Below are positions 55,039-64,000 of a DNA stretch of 64,000 nucleotides, in pieces. Made by a program: the position numbers and the translations under genes. Numbering within the stretch: position 1 is the first letter of the stretch; each line of letters starts with the position of its first letter. This DNA comes from the human T2T-CHM13v2.0 reference genome, Homo sapiens. The DNA lies in assembly GCF_009914755.1 (NCBI RefSeq), contig NC_060948.1; one strand, written 5' to 3'. The notes below the pieces were generated by a model that did not search any database, was not told the origin of the DNA, and was given only the letters and a program-made list of their open reading frames with translations.

Positions 55039-55845
55039 ATTTTTTTTTGAGACAGGGTCTTGCTCTGTTGCCTAGCCTGGATTGCACGGTGTGATCATAG
55101 TTGAATGCAGCCATGACTTCTTGGAGTCAAACAATCCTACCATGTCTGTTGGGAGCAAGCCCTCCAAAATCTGGCCATAAACTGCCCCGAAAACTGGCCA
55201 TAAACAAAATCTCTGCAGCACTGTAACATGTTCATAATGGCCCTAATGCCCACGCTAGAAGGTTGTGGGTTTACCGGAATGAGGGCAAGGAACACCTGGC
55301 CTGCCCAGGGCAGAAAACGTCTTAAAGGCATTCTTAAGCCACAAACAATAGCATGAGCGATCTGTGCCTTGAGGACATGCTCTTGTTGCAGTTAACTAGC
55401 CCAACCGATTCCTTTAATTTGGCCCATCCCTTTGTTTCCCATAAGGGATATTTTAGTTGATTTAATATCTATAGAAACAATGCTAATGACTGGTTTGCTG
55501 TTAATAAATATGTGGGTAAATCTCTGTTTAGGGCTTTCAGCTCTGAAGGCTGTGAGACCCCTGATTTCCCATTTCATACCTCTATATTTCTGTGTGTGTG
55601 TCTTTAATTCCTCTAGCGCCACTGGGTTAGGGTCTCCCCGACTGAGCTGGTCTCAGCAATGTCAGCCTCCAAAGTACCTGGAATTATAAGCACATACCAC
55701 CATGCCTAATATTTTCAAATTTTTTATAAAGATAGCATCTTGCTTTGGTATTCAGGCTGGTCTTGAACTCCTGAGTTCAAGCAATACTCTTGCCTCAGCC
55801 TCTTAAACTGTTGGGATTATAGGCATGAGCAGCCACACCCAGCCT
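55039..55845 (-). mobile_element. AluJ split by a MER9 LTR
   Basis: Alu halves at 55039-55146 and 55659-55845. Confidence 0.88.
55147..55658 (+). mobile_element. MER9 solo LTR (HERV-K HML-3)
   Basis: tgttgggagcaagccc...ctggccataaac...tctcagca; perfect 5-bp TSD atgtc (55142-55146 and 55659-55663). Confidence 0.92.
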
Positions 55846-56604
55846 TGAATGCATTCTTTAAATAAAGATGACTGGGTTGGTGTTAAGTGTGCAATCAAAG
55901 ATGTTTTATAACTAGCAGAAACTATTGCAGAAGAGTTAACTTCTGTTTCCTTATAAATAGTCATCTGGCAACACCTTAAATGTAAGTTCTGAGACTCTAC
56001 AAAATAACTGAAGTCAGCCTCCCTCACCACTTGCTTCAGAATATATTGGAGAATATATTTGCTCACCACTTGCTTCAGAATATATTGGAAAATATATTTG
56101 CAGAAAAGGAAAAAACGGAAAACAACAGCGATAATATTGTGCTTGGCTTCACTTGCCAACATGGGAAGAGTAACAATAACAACCCTTTGATTTTCTTCTT
56201 TAATTGAGGAGTAGGTTTATGGACCTATAAGTTCACACACCCAATTTAGATTACTCATGTTCTTGACAAGGCCAATTTTAGTAATTGAAATTATATGAAA
56301 TGTAGCTTTCAGTGTGTTGTTTCTACATTGGATCCATGTGTTTTTGAAGCAGGCAGCAATAGCAATTGCTATTACATTTGTTAAGTGGCAACTACAATTT
56401 CACAATACAATCTTCAGAATCCAAATTCCAAATGCATTTCATAAAGGCATTAGCCATGTTGCCCTATCTTTGTATTCAAACAATTTTATTTCATTATGTG
56501 AAGCTATTGTTGGATGTTATCATATTGTTTTATTTGGTACTGAGGAGACAAAACACTGATGAAACAGGAAACATTTAAATATGCTTTCAATTTATCTCTG
56601 TGTT

Positions 56605-56903
56605 TGCCCGACCCAGTGGCTCATTCCTTTAATCCCAGCACTTTGGGAGGCAGAGGCAGGTGATCACCTGAGGTGAGGAGTTTGAGAACAACCTGGCTAA
56701 CACAGTGAAACCCCATTTCTACTATAAATACAAAACTTTGCTGGGCCTGGTGGCGCATGCCTGTAATCCCAGCTACTTGGGAAGCTGAGGCATGAGAATC
56801 ACTTGAACCTAAGAGGCAGAAGCTGCAGTGACCCAAGATGACACCATCGCACTCCAGCCCAGGTGACAGAGGAGGCTCTGTAAAGTAAATAAATAAATAA
56901 TAA
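56605..56903 (+). mobile_element. Alu (AluS-type)
   Basis: Dimeric Alu with (TAAA)n tail and imperfect TSD. Confidence 0.9.
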
Positions 56904-57393
56904 ATTACCTCTTTGTTACAAGAAATCTGCTGAAAGTAAGGTTAATGTAAAAAGTCTAAGATAAATGGCTGTTTCAACACAATATGAATGTGAACCAAAT
57001 TGCAAGAAGTGCCATCTTTCACCATGAGCAGGGCTGTCAACTCTGTTTAATAAGCATTAATAAATTCAATTTATATTATAATCTACTGAGAAGATACTAT
57101 TATGCCAGTGTTAAAGACAGTGGCACTTTAACTTAGAGTGTTTAAATAACTTTTCCAGGACAACTTAACTAGCAAGGGTACACTCCAGGTCTAGAAACTT
57201 TCCCTTTCTAACTCTGAACTCCATGTGTTTAACCACTCAACTATGTCACATACCTGGACAACCATAATGTCTAATTAGTTGCTAAACAAACTGCATTAGG
57301 AAACTGAGGGATAAAGACAGATTCTGTAGAAGCAGAAGTGAACCATGGTCAGAAGACAGCCACAATAAAACTGGATTGGAATATAAATATCTA

Positions 57394-57695
57394 GGCCAGA
57401 TGTGGTGACTCATGACTGTAATCCCAGCACATTGGCAGGCCGAGATGGGTGGATCACAAGGTCAGGAGCTCAAGACCATCCTGGCCAACATGGTGAAAGC
57501 CCGTCTCTACTAAAAATAAAAAAATTAGCCAGGTGTGGTGGTGGGTGCCTGTAATCCCAGGTACTCGGGAGGCTGAGGCAGAGAATTGCTTGAACCTTGG
57601 AGGCAGAGATTGCAGTGAGCCGAGATTGCACTACTGCACTCCAGCCTGGGTGACAGAATGAGACTCAGTCTCAAAAAAAAAAAAAAAATAATAAT
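57394..57695 (+). mobile_element. Alu (AluS-type)
   Basis: 13-bp TSD aatataaatatct (57380-57392 and 57696-57708). Confidence 0.95.
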
Positions 57696-58029
57696 AATAT
57701 AAATATCTCTGTTGCTGCATTTCATTTGTGTTGGGAAGGTCTCATAACCAGGTATAATTTTCCATATGCTTATCCATGTCTTAAGTGGTTTAGAAATTCA
57801 GAATGTTTTTCCTCACACTGACAATTTTAATGAAATTATATATGTCTTCAAAAGTTATTTCAGAAAATGGAGAAGAAACACTCAGAGACTTATTTTATGT
57901 CAATGTAATTTTAATATGAACTCCTGACAAAAATTCTACAAAGAGTAAATTATAGCATGATAATTTCTTACTAGAGTGGATACAAAAAATACTAAAGATA
58001 AAATCTCCACATACAGTAAGAATAAAAAA

Positions 58030-58350
58030 ATTATTTATTTATGTATTTATGTATTTATTTATTTTTTATGGACAGAATCTCACTCTGTTGCCTAAGCCAG
58101 AGTGCAGTGACGTGATCATAGCTCACTGTAGCTTTCAACTCCTGGGCTCAAGCAGTCCTCCAGCCTCAGCCTCCTGAGTGGCTGGGACTACAGGCATACA
58201 CCACCACACCCAGCAAATTTTTTAAATTTTTGTAGAGTCAGGGTCTCACCATATTGCCCAGGCTGGTCTTAAACTCCTAGGCTCAAGTTATTCTCCTGCC
58301 ACAACCTCCCGAAGTATTGGAATTACAGGTGTGAGCCCATAATCTGGCCT
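58030..58350 (-). mobile_element. AluJ
   Basis: Reverse dimeric Alu with (TTTA)n tail. Confidence 0.9.
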
Positions 58351-58786
58351 GGAATTTCTTGATTTTGATCAGTGACATCTAATATAAAAACATACAGCTA
58401 ACATTCTGCTTTATAGTGAAATATGGAACACTGTCTTTTTTGAGATTGGGAGCTAAGCATTGATATGCACTATCACCTCATTTCCTCAAGATTGTACTGG
58501 AAGTCCCAGCCACTGCAGTGTTCCAAGAAAGACAGATATATTTCATATAGATTTTAAAACAATGAGTGAAATTGTCTATATCCAAAGACAATATGCTTTT
58601 CAAATGCAGAAATTCCTAATGAACATTCAAATCAATAGTAGAACCATTAAATGAACTTTGCAAGGTTGCAATTTACAAAGGTGATATAAATAAATCAATT
58701 TTTCTACATACTAGCAGCTAGCCATTATAAATAAAACTAAAAAATTCATTCCTTTTAGTATAAAAACAAACAGTAAATGTTTAGAA

Positions 58787-59100
<314 letters not shown>

Positions 59101-59184
59101 AGAATATTTAAAAGAAAAAAAAATTATCCAAGATCTCACCACTGAAATCCACATAGCACGATTTTAAGAAAAGAAGAACGCTGA

Positions 59185-59525
59185 ATTAAAAAGGATGAGT
59201 TCATGTCCTTTACAGTGACATGGATGAAGCTGGAGATCATCATTCTAAGTAAACTATCACAAGGACAGAAAACCAAACACCGCATATTCTCACTCATAGG
59301 TGGGAGCTGAACAATGAGAACACATGGTCACAGGGCGAGGAACATCACACACCAGGGCCTGTTGGGAGGTGGGGAGCTAGGGAGGGATAGCATTAGGAGA
59401 AATACCTAATGTAAATGACGAGTTGATGAGTGCAGCAGACCAACATGGCACATGTATACCTATGTAACAAACCTGCACGTTGTGCACATGTACCCTTTAA
59501 CTTAAAGTATAATAATAAAAAAAAG
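59185..59525 (+). mobile_element. Short 5'-truncated L1PA 3' end
   Basis: ggatgagttcatgtcc...gggatagcattaggagaaatacctaatgtaaatgacgag...aaagtataataataaaa. Confidence 0.92.
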
Positions 59526-60021
59526 AAAATAAGAAGACTGAGATAAATTGGAATATATACCACGTGCATGGATTAAACGACTTAATGTTGTTAAATACAA
59601 AACCTTCTCAAATTGGTTGATATATTTAATGCAAATTTTCTCATTATACTGATAGGATTTTTAAGCAGAAATGGAGAAGTGTTATCTAAGTATTATCTGG
59701 AAATGTGAAGGACCAAGAAGAGACACATGATATTGAAAAAGAACTGTATATACAGGAGGTTGTGTAATCCCAGAATTTACTGTAAACATCAGGAATTCAG
59801 AGGTCCTGTTATTATTATACATAGAGGCAAATTAGCAATGCATAAAGAGGACATACACTGACCCTCATTTATATAGCATGTTGCTTTTTGGCAAGAATGC
59901 TAAAGGAATTAAATGGGAAAAGAAAGTCTAATAAATAGAGATAAAATAACTCAGTATTCACATAAAACATGGAGTTCTAAAACTTAGAACTATTTTTTAA
60001 GAAACCTATAAAAATTAGTAA

Positions 60022-60322
<301 letters not shown>

Positions 60323-61189
60323 GAGCACAGTTTTTTAGAGGAATCAATCTCAAATTACCTATGTGTGTTCATTATTCACATACATACATATATATGGCAT
60401 AGGTGTATAATTATATATGTCAATGTATAACCCTACCTCCCAATATTTTTCTTGGAAAATTCCTTTGAATTAGACTTACAAGGTCTTCAAAAATGACATG
60501 CAAGCCTTCATAATTAGTTATTTATTGCAAATTGTTATAGGTAAAATATGAGTTATGGTTTCACATTTGTGTACAATATACACAACAGCTAAAGGAACAT
60601 AGATGCTGTTAGATTTAGTAGATAATTTCAGTGACAAGAGGCCAAACCCAACTTATTTTTGCCCTTTTCAGGTATATTTCTTCCTATAACTAATAAGTTG
60701 TTTTAGATCATCTCTGAAATTGTTGCTTTTGTACATGAGGCATTCTATTATTCCATTACTCTGTTTTTCCCCATTTTTTTGGTTTCAAAATTAGAATGAT
60801 GCTTTCTAAAAATAGCAAGTTTTGTGAGATTGATCATTTTATCTTCCTGATGCTTCTCTCTTCCTCTCATTTTTCATTCTTGACCCTACCCAGGCATTCA
60901 TAGACTAAGACTCATTTTCAAAGTAAACAAAGCTCAATATTTTTCACTGTAGTCCAAAAGGGAATGCTGTTTATTGAGAAATGCAAAGATGATTTTGAAG
61001 AGCTATTTTGTAATCCCCTCCCCTCAACATTATGATTATTGATTTACAGCTTAGTGATGAAATCCCATGAGAACCAATGAATAAAAATAATATTTGAAGC
61101 ATAAAACAGTGCCAGCTTTGAAAACCTACATCACACATATCAAAATGATCTAACCTTGTAAGTCAGCATACTAACATCATCATATACAA

Positions 61190-61721
61190 GCAGAAAGTCT
61201 TGTTGCTTTTAATTTTTTTAAATTTATTTTAAAGTCAGGGTCTCACTATGTTGTGCAGGCTAGTCTTGAATTCCTGGGCTCAAGTATTCCTTCAGCCTCA
61301 GCCTCCCTGCTGTGTAGCTGGGACTAAACATGCGTGCCACCAAGCCTGGAAAAAAGAAAAAAAAAAGAGAAAAAGAAAAATACACTAAGCTTCAAAAATA
61401 CTTTGGGTTTTTAATGTTCTCCTGCCATATAAGTTTTCATAGCTCAAGGGACTGTTTTGAGTTGTAGCATCTGTCTCAGTGTGGAGTTACTCCTTCAATA
61501 TAATAAAAACTAAGAGAATTTTCATCTCTATCTAAGGGTGCTATATATCTTAGCGATAGCACTGAGTTGTGATAACTTTTAAAAAGCTTATAAAATGATA
61601 TTTAAATAATTTTAAAAATGCAGCACAAAGAATAAATCAATGATTTTACAGAAATAAATGGTAATAGGAATGAATACACAATTATCCATGACATTTTAAA
61701 ATTAAGCTTTTTCTTCAAGAT
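61190..61721 (-). ncRNA. TTTY14: Candidate terminal exon of a minus-strand lncRNA
   Basis: Minus strand ttCTAACctttatttttcccctgccag|ATCTTG gives branch point, pyrimidine tract and AG (exon starts 61721); AATAAA at 61228-61223 and ATTAAA at 61213-61208. Agrees with my recall of the TTTY14 3' end ~44 kb from DYS460. Confidence 0.55.
61205..61349 (-). mobile_element. FLAM (free left Alu monomer)
   Basis: Single Alu-like monomer with A-rich tail. Confidence 0.8.
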
Positions 61722-62663
61722 CTGGCAGGGGAAAAATAAAGGTTAGAAAGTAATGAGCTATATGTGAACATGACAAGAACAATTTTCAGTTGTACTCATT
61801 TGTCACCTGTCATTTAAGTTAAGCTGATATTTTGCTCTTAATCATTCCTCTGAAACCTACCCCAATGTGTAGGTTTCTGTCCCAGACTCCATTTATGGGA
61901 TGTCTGCTTTAAATTTCTTTTCAGGATAAATGCTTATAAAAGCAAGCAGGATGATTCGCTCATAGCCAAATGGACAGTTCTATTTAAAACACAATCAAAA
62001 TGGAAGTTAAAATTATTAAAAACATTTAAAATTTAATAATTGCAACATGTTTACTTTTGACTTCTAATCACTGTCTTACAAATTATTATCAGTGATTGGG
62101 CCAGATAACCTGCATTATATTGGAATTGATCTCCCAGGACCTTATTTATTTATTCAGCTTAAACGTAGCTCACTGTTGAGACTTGATTTATAGTCAGGGT
62201 ATACATTATTACTTAGAAAGGGCAGACCACTTTTAACAATCTAAAAGGAATAACTCATTAGTGAGCTATAAAGAAAGAATGATAATGGCTAATCTAAAAT
62301 ATTAAGATAGCAACTAACTATAATAGTCATTTTTAAATAAAATATACTCAAATATAAAAAATGTCAATTCAGATACAGAATGATAGAGCTGTCATTATGA
62401 GATATATACATATATATAAAAAATATACACACATATACACATATATATGTGGGTATATATACATATACACACATGCATAATTATATTAATATAAATACAC
62501 AATATATTTTATAAATATAATTTACATGAATTGTTATGTATTATATGTCACATATAATATATAGTTATACATGTAATGTGTATATGTAATATACATATAT
62601 GTACATTATAGAAGGAAGGCTATACTGTATATCACATATAGTATAATTAAAATTTATATTTTA

Positions 62664-62790
62664 GGCCTGGCAAAGTGGCTTACACCTATAATCTCAACTG
62701 GGAGGCCAAGGTAGTAGGATAACTTGAGGCCAGGAGTTCACGACCAGTCTGGGAAACAATGAGTCTCCTTCTCTAAAAACAATAATACAT
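62664..62790 (+). mobile_element. FLAM/left Alu monomer
   Basis: ggcctggcaaagtggcttacacc...caggagttcacgaccagtctggg. Confidence 0.8.
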
Positions 62791-62799
62791 AAGTAAACA

Positions 62800-63108
62800 G
62801 GCCAGGCGTGGTGGCTCACACCTGTAATCCCAGCAGTTTGGAAGGCCAAGGCGGGTGGATTGCTTGAGGTCAGGAGTTCAAGAACAACCTTGCCAACATG
62901 GTGAAACCCCCATCTCTACTAAAAATACAAAAACATTAGCTGGGTGCACACCTGTATACCCAAATACTCAAGAAGCTGAAGGAGGAGGATCCCTTGAACC
63001 TGGGAGGAGGAGGTTTCAGTGAGCGGAGATTGTGACATTATAATCCAGCCTGGGCGGCACAGAGAGACTCCGTCTCAAAAAAAAAAAAAAAACAAAAAAA
63101 CAAAAAAA
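62800..63108 (+). mobile_element. Alu (AluS-type) inserted in the FLAM tail
   Basis: TSD aagtaaaca on both sides. Confidence 0.92.
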
Positions 63109-63209
63109 GTAAACAAGTAAATGAAGAAATCAATAAATTAATTTTTCTATTATAATATACTATGTATATATGAAAAATTTATAATACATAATATATGTTA
63201 TTATTATAA

Positions 63210-63498
63210 ACTTTTGTTTCTTCCTTTTTTTTGAGATGGAGTTTCATCTTGTTGCCCAGGATGGAGCACAACGGTGCAATCTTGGCTCACAACTTTAGCC
63301 TCCCAGTGCAAGTGATTCTCCTGCCTCAGCCTCCCTAGTAGCTGGGATTACAGGCATGTGCCAATATGCCCAGCTAATTTTGTATTTTTAGTAGAGACAG
63401 TGTTTCTCCATGTTGGTCACGCTGGCCTTGAATTCCTCACCTCAGGTGATCCTCTCACCTCAGCCTCCCAAAATGCTGGGATTAGAGGCATGAGTCAC
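63210..63498 (-). mobile_element. Alu (AluS-type)
   Basis: Reverse dimeric Alu. Confidence 0.9.
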
Positions 63499-63593
63499 CA
63501 AATATTTTCATATGATATATTAAATAATTACATAACTATAACATATTTACATAATGTTATATAAAATTTATATAACTAAAATAGAATTTATAA

Positions 63594-63688
63594 AGCCACC
63601 ATGGCACATATATACCTATGTAACAAACCTGCATGTTCTGAACGTGTATCCCAGAACTTAAAGTAAAATAATAATAAAAATAAAAAAT
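63594..63688 (+). mobile_element. Tiny L1PA 3'-terminal fragment
   Basis: ccaccatggcaca..tatacctatgtaacaaacctgca...cagaacttaaagtaaaat. Confidence 0.85.
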
Positions 63689-64000
63689 TATATTGAGATA
63701 TATTAATTATAACATATATCTTATTATATATAACATATTATATATAAGACATGTTATATGTTATAGTAACATAATTGTATAACTTATACAATATATAATT
63801 ATGTTGTAATTAATATATCTCATATGATATAAATACTATATATTACATTACAGTTATACTGTGATTATATGCTATATATATCACAGTATGTAGTATTACA
63901 TATTATAATAGTACATAATGAAACATTTTATGTTACATAATTATATTAGTATGTTGCATAATTATTATATTATTATGAGTAAATTATATTGCAATGGTTA
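63689..64000. repeat. AT-rich low complexity
   Basis: Direct read. Confidence 0.85.

Overview
Human (or closely related hominid) genomic DNA, AT-rich and mostly interspersed repeats, with no intact protein-coding gene. The tetranucleotide STR pair at 17.3-17.5 kb has flanks matching the Y-STRs DYS461 and DYS460 as I recall them. That places the window on Yq11.22, at the 3' part of the TTTY14/NCRNA00185 lncRNA locus (recall, not a database check). Main contents are an old cytochrome-b NUMT (585-753), three minus-strand exon-like units with strong splice and poly(A) signals, a solo LTR12C with TSD, and a full-length but inactivated L1PA3-like element carrying the 129-bp ZNF93-escape deletion. 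There is also a twin-primed inverted L1, MER9/MER4/MER50/MaLR LTRs, a MADE1 MITE and about 25 Alu/FLAM elements. The most unusual unexplained structure is a ~600-bp, single-strand array of AGGTCA/DR1 nuclear-receptor half-sites (18331-18936) that I cannot assign to a known transposon. Many small templated duplications and fold-back scars are also visible. I see no evidence of a novel multi-gene system. Repeat subfamily names come from memory of consensus sequences, and boundaries without a stated TSD are approximate.
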